The notes beneath the pieces are model-generated. The model did no database searches. It had not been told where the DNA came from and saw only the letters and a list, made by a program, of their open reading frames with translations. 64,000 nucleotides of DNA from Candidatus Omnitrophota bacterium (GTDB lineage: Bacteria > Omnitrophota > Gorgyraeia > Zapsychrales > JANLHA01): positions 2,843,339-2,907,338 of the forward strand of contig OY759724.1 in the NCBI GenBank assembly GCA_963662715.1, in the 5' to 3' direction. Below are positions 47,444 to 57,562 of this stretch, piece after piece. Every line of letters begins with the position of its first letter. Position 1 is the first letter of the stretch. Both the position numbers and the translations under genes were made by a program.

Positions 47444-48730
47444 ATGACTAAAAAAGTTGAAATGATTTTTTTGTTCCTTTGCTTCCTGGGGGCATTTTAT
47501 TTGCGCCTCCAGGCGTCCCTGAATGTTCCCTATGCTTCCGATGAAACTCTTAAGATCCGCGTCGCGAAAGAAATTAACTTAAAGAATTTTGAGCTCCCTT
47601 TGGGTAATGAAGAAACGCATAATGGCCCTTTGCTGCTTTATGTGATGAAGGCGAGCATGAGTCTTTTAGGAGAAAACAGAATGGGGGTGCGTCTTCCGTC
47701 ATTGATTTACAGTTTATTGACTTTGTGGCTTTTATATGTTTTGGTTAAGGAATCCCTGGATCAAAGAACGGCGATGTTGTCTCTGATTCTGCTGAGCCTG
47801 AGTCAGCTTCATATCGGCTTTACAAGAATTGTCGATGAAAACGGCTTCCTGATATTTTTTGTTGTCCTGACGCTTTTATTTATTCAAAAAGCCTTGCATG
47901 CCGGGCAAAAAAGATATATTTTTTTCGCAGGTTTATCCTTAGGGATGGGAAGCTTGGTGAAAGGCACCATGCTGACGATCCTTCCGGGAATCCTTTTATA
48001 TCTCTGGCTGTATAAAGGACACCGCCACCCTTTCTCCGGCAGAGATATTTTGCTGTTTCTTATAACCTGTGGGCTTGTCGTGTCTCCCAGTGTTTATTGG
48101 GACATGACTCACGGTTATACGGATTTTAAATATCATCTGGATAAATCAGGATTTTTTGCCTTCAGTTTTATTTCTTTGGCCCTTTTTTTGGGGGAATTAT
48201 TTATATGGAACTTGCATTACATCGATGAGATATCGCTGTCGCAAATCGTGTCTTATGAATATCCTTTTTGCAACTGGCTTATGGGGTTGATCTGTTTGGC
48301 GGGGGCGACATACTTTCTGAATAACAGAAAGAACGGGTTTACGGATTTGCTGTTGTGGATTTTTTGGTCTAATTTTATTTTTTTCTCTCTGGTCAGGTCA
48401 AACTCGGGAGGGGGGGCGGCTTTTCATCTGGATAATTTCTGGTGGGCTATTGTGGCTGTTATCCCGGGTTTTATCCTGGGGGGAGCCTTTCTTGCGGATT
48501 TATGCCGGAGATACAAACCTGTACGATATTTCATCCTCCCGTTGATACTGATTTATTTTGGGATAAACGGCATAAGTTTTGTCCGTTTCCCGGCCCTTTG
48601 CTGGATCCCCAACGATCGGGTAAAAATTTTGGAATTAAGTAAGACAGCCCAAAAGTACCGGGAGGAAGGTTTGCGGGAGGAAGCTTTAAAGGTGGAGCAA
48701 TATATCCAGGGCCGATACTATGGTTTGTGA
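47444..48730 (+). CDS. GT-C fold membrane glycosyltransferase (ArnT / PMT_2 / GT39-83-like)
   Basis: 428 aa polytopic protein. Acidic first-loop motif (ASDETLKIR) and the TM layout of undecaprenyl-phosphate-sugar-dependent transferases. Confidence 0.55.
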   Translation: MTKKVEMIFLFLCFLGAFYLRLQASLNVPYASDETLKIRVAKEINLKNFELPLGNEETHNGPLLLYVMKASMSLLGENRMGVRLPSLIYSLLTLWLLYVLVKESLDQRTAMLSLILLSLSQLHIGFTRIVDENGFLIFFVVLTLLFIQKALHAGQKRYIFFAGLSLGMGSLVKGTMLTILPGILLYLWLYKGHRHPFSGRDILLFLITCGLVVSPSVYWDMTHGYTDFKYHLDKSGFFAFSFISLALFLGELFIWNLHYIDEISLSQIVSYEYPFCNWLMGLICLAGATYFLNNRKNGFTDLLLWIFWSNFIFFSLVRSNSGGGAAFHLDNFWWAIVAVIPGFILGGAFLADLCRRYKPVRYFILPLILIYFGINGISFVRFPALCWIPNDRVKILELSKTAQKYREEGLREEALKVEQYIQGRYYGL

Positions 48731-50273
48731 AACAAAGACAATCAACATTTGGGATAAAAAGTTTATTTCTTGGATAACCGTTCTGTCTTTCGGAGTGTAT
48801 ATGTTCGGGACATACATTTTGAGCGTTCTCAGCCGTTCTGCATTTTTTGACGTATCTCTCTTCGGATCAAGCCAGGAAAACCCTGTCACGACCGTCATAA
48901 GCTTTCTTGTTTTCGGGGCCGGGTTCCTTATGCTTTTCATCCTTCCCGGGTGGATTTTTTCTCTTCATTTCAAGAGGTTGAAAAGCGATATGACGGTGTT
49001 TCTCGCTGTCTCCCTGGCGGCAAGTGTTATCGGCTTAATTTTTTCTGTGACGGTTTATAAAATCATCGGAGGGGAGACGTTAAACAGGACGAATTTTCTT
49101 GTGATATTGATCATGCTTCTGGGCGCCGGCTTGATTTCCTTACGGGCGCGGTTCCCCCAGCATAAAAACGCTCCGGGAGTGGCCCGGGTTTCCCTGCCCC
49201 GCATATCCGCTGTTTTCGTTTTTATCCTGATCCCTTTAATATTTCTTTCAACCTTGGGCCATAAACTTATAGACGGGAAACCGGTGTCTTTTGATTACAG
49301 TCAAGAGGCTGTCCTGGCCATCCCCTTAGGACATCAGTCAGACGCTCTGGAAACATTCGGTTTGGCGCATAGCCTCAAAGACCGTATCCTGCCTTATTGG
49401 GATTTGGAGTATGCCGACACTTTTGGCTTCGCCTTCACTGATCCTCCGTTGTATCCGTTTCTTTGTCTGTTTGCCGTATTGCTTTTTGGAGAAAGTTTTG
49501 CCACATTGTCTCTGATGTCGGCGGGGTTTATTATCCTTATGTTTTTGTTTGTTTGGGGACAGGGAACCCGTCCGTCTCCTCTGCGTTTTTTTATCAGCCT
49601 CATGTTTATGCTGTCATATCTATATTTTTTCCGAAACAATACTGTCGTTTTTGTGCTGCTTGAACATTTTTTTATGCTGCTGATATTCCTGACCTATATT
49701 TTCCTGTTGCGGGAAAACTACGGAATATTTTTTGTGTTCGCAACTTTGGCAACTTTGACGAGATTTTACGGTATTTTTTTTGTGTTGCTGGGATGGGGGG
49801 CCTGGGCTTTATTCTATAAAGACCGCAGGGATAAATCGTTCTGGATTCTGTCCCGGTACGGTTTTGTCGTGGCCGGTATCCTTTCCGGCGTGGCTTTCAT
49901 CGGGGTTTTGACCGGACACCTGGACACGTATCTAAAATGCATTTTAATCGAACACTTTAACAGGCTGGATTATTTTTCCGCACTGTCGGGCATTTATCCG
50001 GGAAACGTTGTCTCCCTGCCGGCAGCCTCCTTGCGCCAGGGCGTGCAATTCCTGGCCTGGTGTTTATATAGTACTGTATTTACGTTCCCGGTTCTGATAT
50101 ATTTCAGTAAGAGCAGAGAGGAAAATTTTTATTCATTTATCTGTCTTGTTTACTGTTTTCTTGTCGTTTCCAGTAAATACAGTTTGCCTAGATATGTTAT
50201 CCCGATGCTGCCTTTGGTGGCCATGATTTTTGCCAGTAAAGTTGAGCGGTTCATGGGAGCCGCTCTTCCCTAA
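48720..50273 (+). CDS. Hypothetical polytopic membrane protein (possible GT-C fold or polymerase-like)
   Basis: 517 aa, ~12 hydrophobic segments. Overlaps the upstream gene by 11 nt. Confidence 0.4.
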   Translation: MVCETKTINIWDKKFISWITVLSFGVYMFGTYILSVLSRSAFFDVSLFGSSQENPVTTVISFLVFGAGFLMLFILPGWIFSLHFKRLKSDMTVFLAVSLAASVIGLIFSVTVYKIIGGETLNRTNFLVILIMLLGAGLISLRARFPQHKNAPGVARVSLPRISAVFVFILIPLIFLSTLGHKLIDGKPVSFDYSQEAVLAIPLGHQSDALETFGLAHSLKDRILPYWDLEYADTFGFAFTDPPLYPFLCLFAVLLFGESFATLSLMSAGFIILMFLFVWGQGTRPSPLRFFISLMFMLSYLYFFRNNTVVFVLLEHFFMLLIFLTYIFLLRENYGIFFVFATLATLTRFYGIFFVLLGWGAWALFYKDRRDKSFWILSRYGFVVAGILSGVAFIGVLTGHLDTYLKCILIEHFNRLDYFSALSGIYPGNVVSLPAASLRQGVQFLAWCLYSTVFTFPVLIYFSKSREENFYSFICLVYCFLVVSSKYSLPRYVIPMLPLVAMIFASKVERFMGAALP

Positions 50274-50289
50274 ACCCCGGTCATTTAAA

Positions 50290-51765
50290 ATGAACTTTAT
50301 TCGTAATATTATTCTTATTAGAGCGGGCTATCTGCAAAGGAAAAAATTCGAACATCCTCTGCACTGTCCGCCGCCCTTGTCCCTGAAGTATGCCAAAGCC
50401 CTTCTGGAGACAAGCGGGGAATACAATGTTAAAATTGTCGACGGGTTGATCGACTGCGTGCCGGATGAAAACATCCTGAAGATGCTGTCTCAGTGGCCGG
50501 CACAATTTGTTTTTATTGAAATTGCTTCGCCGGCCAGCGAAAAGGGCCTGGCTTTATCTCAAAAGATCAGGAGCCAGTTCCAGGATATGGTTGTCGTGGC
50601 CGGAGGGTCGGATGTCAGTGAACGGTATCAGTTTTATCTGACGGCGAAGGACACTTTTGATGTCATCCTCCGCGGCGAATTTGAAAATGAATTAACCGTG
50701 CTGGTCAAACAGCTGCAAACAGCTGATAAGAAAGAAGATGTTCAAAAAATATACCTGGAAGAGAGAAACCGGCAGGTTTTGCTGGTCGAAGACCTGGATG
50801 TCCTGCCCTGTCTTGCCTGGACCAGGGCGGAATTAAAAAAATACCCTTATCGTTATCCTTTGAAATATGCCCGGCCGCTGTTGTCAGGTTATGTCTCGAC
50901 TTCGAGAGGGTGCCGGCACGGGTGCACCTTCTGTTCGCCGTCAGTCCGCAAAAGTTATGGAAAAAAACTGAGGCTGCGGTCTGCTTCGCATGTCGTCGCA
51001 GAGATAGAATATCTGCAGACATTGGGTGTCAATCTTGTCTCTTTTGAGGATGATGATTTTACCGGCAGCCGGGATCATTTACTTTCCATCTGTGAAGAGC
51101 TGATGAAAAAGAACACGAACATAAAATGGACCTGCCATGCCAGGATTGATGAAGTGTCCCCGGACATATTGAAAATTATGCGGCAGGCCGGCTGTATCTT
51201 AATTTTGTTTGGAGTAGAATCCGGTTCGCAGAACATTATACACACCCTGCATAAGAATTTTTCTGAAAGGGACTGGGGGGACCGGGCGCGGGAAACCTTC
51301 CTCAATGCAAGAGAGGCGGGTATCGCCACGTGCGCATTGTTCATGGTGGGGAACCCCGGTGAGACCCGCGATGATGTTAATGCCAGCATTCAACTGGCTT
51401 TTGACTTGCATCCGGATTTTATAAAAGTTCATAATTTCACGCTTTATCCCGGCTCAAAGGATTACGGCCGATACCAGTCCCAGCATGCCCCGGTTCTTTC
51501 TCAGCATCATTATCTGCAGCCGATCATTAATGTGAGCTGTTTGACAAATACCGAATTAAAAATTTTACAGCGGGAATTCTACCGCCGGTTTTTCTTCCGG
51601 GCCTCTTTTCTCATAAACCATACTTTAGGTTACGCTGTTTTTTATTTGCTGAATTGGCCGTGGAGCTTTAAGATGCTCGGAGAATTGTTGAGTTTTTTGT
51701 TCAGCAGGCATAAAAATGAGTCTCTTAAGGGGAACGACGCAGAGAATAGAAAAGGGGGGCTTTAA
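50290..51765 (+). CDS. Cobalamin-binding-domain radical SAM enzyme (class B-like)
   Basis: Radical SAM motif CRHGCTFC after an N-terminal Rossmann-like domain. Start moved to the ATG at 50290 (MNFIRNI), not the track's 50230, which overlaps the upstream gene by 44 nt. Confidence 0.75.
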   Translation: MNFIRNIILIRAGYLQRKKFEHPLHCPPPLSLKYAKALLETSGEYNVKIVDGLIDCVPDENILKMLSQWPAQFVFIEIASPASEKGLALSQKIRSQFQDMVVVAGGSDVSERYQFYLTAKDTFDVILRGEFENELTVLVKQLQTADKKEDVQKIYLEERNRQVLLVEDLDVLPCLAWTRAELKKYPYRYPLKYARPLLSGYVSTSRGCRHGCTFCSPSVRKSYGKKLRLRSASHVVAEIEYLQTLGVNLVSFEDDDFTGSRDHLLSICEELMKKNTNIKWTCHARIDEVSPDILKIMRQAGCILILFGVESGSQNIIHTLHKNFSERDWGDRARETFLNAREAGIATCALFMVGNPGETRDDVNASIQLAFDLHPDFIKVHNFTLYPGSKDYGRYQSQHAPVLSQHHYLQPIINVSCLTNTELKILQREFYRRFFFRASFLINHTLGYAVFYLLNWPWSFKMLGELLSFLFSRHKNESLKGNDAENRKGGL

Positions 51766-51766
51766 G

Positions 51767-53650
51767 ATGACCGATTTTATGGGAATGCTGTCATGGGATA
51801 AAGGGCTAAAGGCTGGCACCCGCCAGAAAATTATGAAAAATGATGATGTCCCGTCCCCTGCCGGCATTGAGACAAATCTGAACGGAGGGGGAGCGTTTAT
51901 CGGGGCGACAGGCTCTGTCGGAGCCCCCGGAACCTTCAGGGGCAAAGAGGTTCTGGGATACCATGTGATGTTCAACGGGCAGTTATACAACACCGAGGAA
52001 CTGTTCGCCGAAGGAGGAAGATCGGAAGAACGGCCCGCTTTGCCGAATCCTCCTGAACTTATAGCCGCGATGTTCCGGAAATACGGGGAACAATGTTTTT
52101 TGAGACTGAACGGAGTCTATTCCCTGGCCCTGCTTGATCCGGGGCGCAGGCTGTTTTTTCTGGGGACAGGAAAACTCAATCCCCAGACGATTTACTATCT
52201 TTATCAAGAGGAATGTCTTTATTTTGCAGATAAAATTGAAACCCTGGTAAGAATATCCGGCATGCCGCCGGAGCTTGACCATCAGTTCCTGCCCAAATAT
52301 TTTGCGCACGGCTTTGTCCCCAGCCCGCACACATTGCTGAAAGGAATACGCAAAATACCCACAGGAAGTTTTCTGCTTTTCCAGGAAGGCGGGCGGCTGT
52401 CTTTACAGCGTTACTGGGATATGCAATTCAGCGGGAAGGATGTCCCGGAACTCAGAGAAAAAGATTACAGCCGGAATATTTATAAAACATTGATCGACAC
52501 CACCCGCAGACGCCTTAATATTGATTCAAGACTGGGCGTGTTTCTAAGCGGAGGTCTTGATTCCGGATCCTTGGTTGCGGTCCTCAGTCAGTTGAAAGAG
52601 GGAAAGCCCCTGCATACCTTTACGGCGATCTTTGACGAGAAATCCTTCAGTGAAGCGAATCAGGCCAAGACTGTCGCGGCTCATTTCGGCACGAAACATT
52701 TTGAAATCCTTCTGACCCCTGAAAAGGCTCTGGAGTTTGTGAGGCGCTTAATCGGGAAAATTGACGACCCGTTTTCTGACGATGATGTCATCTGCGGGGG
52801 GGTGCTGTCCCCGGTCGCCTCTGAGCATGTCGATGACGTTTTCCTGGGAGACGGCCCCGATGAATTATTGATGGGGTACCCGTCCCTTTTAGCTCATAAA
52901 TTGTCCCGCATTTATGAAGCCGTTCCCGGGGCGCTCAGGAGAATTTTTGAGCGGGGGATGAACCGCCTGCCTGTTTCTTATGAATATTGTGCGTTTGACG
53001 CGCGGTTCAGGCAGTTTTTAGGAGGCGTGGGCTACCCGGCGGAACTCCGCGACGCGGCATGGTGGGGCCCTTTCCCGCCCCAGAATCAACCCGGCCTTTT
53101 TCACAGGGATATTCAGGAAAACCTGAACTTTGAATACCGGCAGATTTATTCTGAGGCTTTGGAGGAAATAGCCCGGGGTAATGCACATGGGATCATAGAA
53201 AAGATTTTAACATTATACATTCGGTGCCTGGGTGAACGCTGGTTCATGAAATTGAATGCCGTGAGTCAAAGCACGTCCATTCATTTTAAACTGCCTTACC
53301 TGGATGACCGTTTTGTGGAGTGCGCCAATGCCGTCCCGAGCCGGTATAAACAGAAATCGAAATATATTTTAAGAAAAGCGATGGAGACTGATTTGCCGAA
53401 GAGTATTTTATGGGGACGCAAAAGACCTTTCTTTGTCCCGTTGGCTCTGTGGATGAAGAATAATTTCAGAACATTGATTTTGGATGTCCTGACGGAAACG
53501 AATGTCCTGAAAGCGGGGTTGAACTATTCTTATGTTTCTCATATGCTTCAGCAGCATTTCTCCGGGGAAGCGAATCATGCCAAACAACTGTGGAATATCT
53601 TTATTTATGTGGCATGGGCTATCCGCCTGCCCAAGTGGGGCCGGGACTGA
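51767..53650 (+). CDS. Asparagine synthetase B-family amidotransferase / adenylating enzyme lacking the N-terminal catalytic Cys
   Basis: PP-loop SGGLDSGSLVAVL and AsnB C-domain architecture. Start taken at MTDFMGML, preceded by a GGGGGG SD. There is no Cys at position 2 and none upstream in frame. Confidence 0.75.
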   Translation: MTDFMGMLSWDKGLKAGTRQKIMKNDDVPSPAGIETNLNGGGAFIGATGSVGAPGTFRGKEVLGYHVMFNGQLYNTEELFAEGGRSEERPALPNPPELIAAMFRKYGEQCFLRLNGVYSLALLDPGRRLFFLGTGKLNPQTIYYLYQEECLYFADKIETLVRISGMPPELDHQFLPKYFAHGFVPSPHTLLKGIRKIPTGSFLLFQEGGRLSLQRYWDMQFSGKDVPELREKDYSRNIYKTLIDTTRRRLNIDSRLGVFLSGGLDSGSLVAVLSQLKEGKPLHTFTAIFDEKSFSEANQAKTVAAHFGTKHFEILLTPEKALEFVRRLIGKIDDPFSDDDVICGGVLSPVASEHVDDVFLGDGPDELLMGYPSLLAHKLSRIYEAVPGALRRIFERGMNRLPVSYEYCAFDARFRQFLGGVGYPAELRDAAWWGPFPPQNQPGLFHRDIQENLNFEYRQIYSEALEEIARGNAHGIIEKILTLYIRCLGERWFMKLNAVSQSTSIHFKLPYLDDRFVECANAVPSRYKQKSKYILRKAMETDLPKSILWGRKRPFFVPLALWMKNNFRTLILDVLTETNVLKAGLNYSYVSHMLQQHFSGEANHAKQLWNIFIYVAWAIRLPKWGRD

Positions 53651-53680
53651 AATAAAGATGTCTATGGGCAAGGGAGCCTC

Positions 53681-54979
53681 GTGAGCCGTATATTATTGTT
53701 AAAACCTTACTGGCCTTATCCTTACGGGAAGGGAGAGCATACATATAACCGTATCTGGGCGCCTTTGTCTTTATTGAACTGTGCCGCGATCCTTCAGCAG
53801 TCCGGACACCAGCCTTATATCTTGGATGCCCATGCCCTGCGCATAAAAGCGCGAAAGCTGCGGCCGTATTTACAGGGATTTGAAAAGATCGTTATTTCGT
53901 CTTCCTGTTTGGATAGATGGCAATGCCCCAACATTGATATCACGCCGTTTCTAGAGGCTGTGGAAAATCTCAAACAGGTCACCGCGGAATTTTATGTGAC
54001 AGGGTATCACGGGACAAGGTGTCCTGAGGATATGCTCAGAAAGACGGGAGCGAAAGCGGTCATCCGGGGGGAACCGGAATCCGTTATCCTGGATATTGCC
54101 AGCGGTAAAAGTCTTCAGGATATCCCCGGGATAACTTATGCCGGGCACAGCCGCATTGTTTCGAATCCTGACGCCTGTCTCCCGGATTTAAAAACATTAC
54201 CCGTGCCGGCCTACCGTTTGTTAAACCCCCGGAAGTATTTTTACGAAATCTTGGGCGGAAGATTCGCTTTGCTGGAATACAGCCGGGGATGTCAATACCA
54301 GTGCACATTCTGCAATAAGGTCATGTACGGTTCCGGATTGAGGCTCAAGTCTGCCCGCCAAATGATCGAGGAAATCCGGACCGTCGTCGAAGAATGTCAT
54401 TTCCGTTCCGGGTATTTTATCGATCTGGAATTCCTGTCCGACAGGGAAATGGTGGAGGATATCTGTGATTTTTTTATAACCGAAAATTACGATTTCAGAT
54501 GGTGCTGTCAGACCAGAGTTGACTCTTTGGACGGCGATATCCTGATGAAAATGAAGAAAGCCGGCTGCCAGCTGATTCATTTTGGGGTCGAAAGCGGCAA
54601 GCAGAAATTTTTAAATGAAACACGCAAAGGCTTTAAGCTGGACAGGGCCATGCCGTCAGTTAAACTCTGCAAAGATGCCGGGATAAAAACACTCGCTTTT
54701 TTTATCTTCGGATTTCAGGAGGAAACAGCCCGGGACAGGGCAGAGATACTCGAATACGCAAAGACTTTGGACACGGATTACGTCTCTTTTCATAAAATAT
54801 TCCCTTATGCGCAGGATAATGGAAGTGTCCCGGAATTCCGGCCGGATGAAATAGACGCGTTTATCCGTCAGGCTTTTTTGCAGTATTATTTAAGGCCGGC
54901 GTGCCTGAAAAAATTGGATTTTAATGTTCTGTTGCGCTCTGTGAGGTTGTTATGGGCCCGCATGACCTCATTGTCGTGA
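53681..54979 (+). CDS. Cobalamin-binding-domain radical SAM enzyme (class B-like)
   Basis: 432 aa. GTG start. Radical SAM motif CQYQCTFC. Confidence 0.75.
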   Translation: MSRILLLKPYWPYPYGKGEHTYNRIWAPLSLLNCAAILQQSGHQPYILDAHALRIKARKLRPYLQGFEKIVISSSCLDRWQCPNIDITPFLEAVENLKQVTAEFYVTGYHGTRCPEDMLRKTGAKAVIRGEPESVILDIASGKSLQDIPGITYAGHSRIVSNPDACLPDLKTLPVPAYRLLNPRKYFYEILGGRFALLEYSRGCQYQCTFCNKVMYGSGLRLKSARQMIEEIRTVVEECHFRSGYFIDLEFLSDREMVEDICDFFITENYDFRWCCQTRVDSLDGDILMKMKKAGCQLIHFGVESGKQKFLNETRKGFKLDRAMPSVKLCKDAGIKTLAFFIFGFQEETARDRAEILEYAKTLDTDYVSFHKIFPYAQDNGSVPEFRPDEIDAFIRQAFLQYYLRPACLKKLDFNVLLRSVRLLWARMTSLS

Positions 54980-55009
54980 CCTCTTTTAAAATACGGAATC
55001 AAGACAATA

Positions 55010-56626
55010 TTGATGAACGATGCGACACTAAAAAAATTTATTGCGGCGGCCGTTTTGCTGTGCATGACATTTTTGATCTTTTTTCATCTGGGACATTATG
55101 CTTTCTGGGATGACGAAGCTATCTGCGCTTTATTCGCCAAATCACTTTTTGAGCATGGGGATACGAGCGCTGTTTCAGGTCATAATCTGATTGCCTTCAA
55201 TGACGGCCGGGAACTGGAAAATCTTCATCAAAGATATGTCCCCCCGCTGCAGTTTTATTTTGCCGCTCCCTTTGTCGGGCAGGGAGGAGGCTCGACCTTC
55301 ATCGCCCGGTTCCCTTTTGCTGTTTGCGGTTTGCTGACGGTTGCCGTTATTTTCCTCTGGCTTTGGAGAAGCCGTGCTCCAGTTTATACCTGGCTTTTGA
55401 TGTCAGCCGGGATATTGGGAAACGTTTCCTTTATCCTCTCCTGTCGGCAATGCCGTTACTATGCCCTGAGCATGCTCCTGACTGTTCTTCTGGCATTTTT
55501 ATATTATTTTAGAACCCCCAAAAAACAGACCGTTTTGGCCATGGCAGGCGTGTCCTTGTTGCTTTTAGCTTCCAATTATTTGTGTTACGCGGCTGTTATG
55601 GGATGTTTGATCATGCATGACATCATCTGGGGCAGGAAGAGGCATGCCTCCAGCCGCTCGGATATTCTCCTTTTCTGGGGTATGCAGCTTTTCCTCGGGG
55701 GCCTCATTGTTTTGACGTATAATCCTTTGGGAAAAAATGTCTGGGATATCTCCTCGGATTCCTGGCTCAGGAACAGAACAGCTTTATTCTTCTGGAATTT
55801 TCGTGATTTGAACAGCTGTGAAATGGGCGTGGGGATTCTTATCGCTTTGTGCCCTTTTTTGTATTTTTACAAAAAAGACCGCCGTTTCCTGCAGTGTCCC
55901 GCTCTTATTGTGACATATATTTTGATCGTATCGTTATTCACCCCGCACCCTTTTGATATGCTGTGGGTCGCTTTTGTCCGTTATTTGTGTCCCTTAATCC
56001 CGCTCTGTATCTATACGGCTGTGCTGGTTATCCAGACTTTATCCGGGCACAGGCGCTGGCTGCTCATTCTTCTGGCTTTTCTGGCCTTCGGGACCAATGT
56101 TTTGCACGGAGGCCCGTTGACCAGGGTCAAACGGCACACAGCTTTCAGCCATGCCGTCGCTCACGGACATTTCCGTTCGACGTTTGTTGAATATTTCAAT
56201 GAATTGTTGACCGCAAGGCCCAATCCGTATCAATTAGTTTCTGACTGGATTAATGGCAACCTGCAGACCGGGGATACGGTCTGGGTCGTGCCGGGATACG
56301 CCAATTATCCTCTTATGTTTCACGCCCCCAAGGTTGTATATGCCTGGCAGCTCACGGAAAAACAAGGGCAGTTTTCGAACCTGCCGGATATTCATTTTAA
56401 AGGTGAGGAATGGCCTGATTACATTATCGCTTTCGGCCCGAACCTTCTGGATGTTTTTGCATTCTTTGAAAATAAAGAGGAGGCCTTTCCCTATGAAATG
56501 ATCGATCAGATAAACATTTTTTGGTCATCCTTGACCCGTCCGGAACTTTTTTGGCATTCATTCCGTGAGATTGAGAATTATTCCCTTGCGACGGAAGCCA
56601 TTTATATTTTTAAGTTTTCAGAATAA
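55010..56626 (+). CDS. GT-C fold membrane glycosyltransferase (ArnT / PMT_2-like)
   Basis: 538 aa polytopic protein. First periplasmic-loop motif FWDDEA, typical of the ArnT/PMT_2 catalytic loop. Confidence 0.55.
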   Translation: MMNDATLKKFIAAAVLLCMTFLIFFHLGHYAFWDDEAICALFAKSLFEHGDTSAVSGHNLIAFNDGRELENLHQRYVPPLQFYFAAPFVGQGGGSTFIARFPFAVCGLLTVAVIFLWLWRSRAPVYTWLLMSAGILGNVSFILSCRQCRYYALSMLLTVLLAFLYYFRTPKKQTVLAMAGVSLLLLASNYLCYAAVMGCLIMHDIIWGRKRHASSRSDILLFWGMQLFLGGLIVLTYNPLGKNVWDISSDSWLRNRTALFFWNFRDLNSCEMGVGILIALCPFLYFYKKDRRFLQCPALIVTYILIVSLFTPHPFDMLWVAFVRYLCPLIPLCIYTAVLVIQTLSGHRRWLLILLAFLAFGTNVLHGGPLTRVKRHTAFSHAVAHGHFRSTFVEYFNELLTARPNPYQLVSDWINGNLQTGDTVWVVPGYANYPLMFHAPKVVYAWQLTEKQGQFSNLPDIHFKGEEWPDYIIAFGPNLLDVFAFFENKEEAFPYEMIDQINIFWSSLTRPELFWHSFREIENYSLATEAIYIFKFSE

Positions 56627-56766
56627 CAATATGTTGATGTTGTTTTTGTCCGATATCTGATATAAAACAAAAAATGCATGGTATCCTTGAATATATGAGG
56701 TAAAATTTAAGATTAGACTTGATAAAGATATCCTGGCGATATCCGTTGTATGATTTATGTGAACAT

Positions 56767-57471
56767 ATGGACAGACAAGCCACCTCCATTTCGATTGTTC
56801 TTCCTGTTTTTAATGAGGCCGGTAATATTGAAACGACCATGCAGGAAACTGTGAACTTTTTTAAGCAGGAAAAATTTTTCCCCGAATATGAGATTATTAT
56901 TGTTGATGACGGCAGCACGGATAATTCTCCCCGAGTCTTGGACGGGCTCTCGGGAAAAATCGAACGGTTGTCTGTTGTCCGGCATGCCCAAAATCGGGGC
57001 TACGGAGCCGCTTTAGTGACTGGAATAAAGAAAGCCCGGCATCCCTGGATTCTGCTCATGGATGCAGACGGCCAGTTTAAAATCAATTCCATCCTGGACA
57101 TGATCCCCCGCATGAACAGCTGTGATGTCCTTGCCGGTTACCGGCGGAAGAGAACCGATTCCCGGATAAGGATTTTGCTGGGGAAGACTTATACTTATCT
57201 TGCGTTTTTGCTTTTTAAAGTAAAATTAAAGGATATTAACTGCGGATTTAAACTTCTGAGAAAAGATATCATTGATATTGATGCCGTGAGTTCTCATGGC
57301 GGGGCTTTTTATACGGATTTTTTTATCAAGACCCAGAAAAAAGGCTGCCGGATTGAGCAGGTCCCGGTCGAACATTTCCCCCGTTTAAAAGGGAAACAGA
57401 CCGGAGCGAGCTTCAAAGTTGTTTTGGCGGCGATGATTGATGTTTTTCGATTATTTTTTATTGATAGATAA
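56767..57471 (+). CDS. GT2 glycosyltransferase, polyprenol-phosphate sugar transferase type (ArnC/DPM1-like)
   Basis: ISIVLPVFNEAGNIETTMQETVNFF...YEIIIVDDGSTDNS. Start set at the first ATG (56767). The track begins at an upstream TTG (56719). The exact start is uncertain. Confidence 0.75.
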   Translation: MDRQATSISIVLPVFNEAGNIETTMQETVNFFKQEKFFPEYEIIIVDDGSTDNSPRVLDGLSGKIERLSVVRHAQNRGYGAALVTGIKKARHPWILLMDADGQFKINSILDMIPRMNSCDVLAGYRRKRTDSRIRILLGKTYTYLAFLLFKVKLKDINCGFKLLRKDIIDIDAVSSHGGAFYTDFFIKTQKKGCRIEQVPVEHFPRLKGKQTGASFKVVLAAMIDVFRLFFIDR

Positions 57472-57562
57472 TTTCTGCAAGATTGCTTACAATGTCTTTT
57501 GGGAAAACAGGGGCAGATGGCCTGTCCGTTAGAAAACGACCATCAATTTTAAAGAGTTTGTT

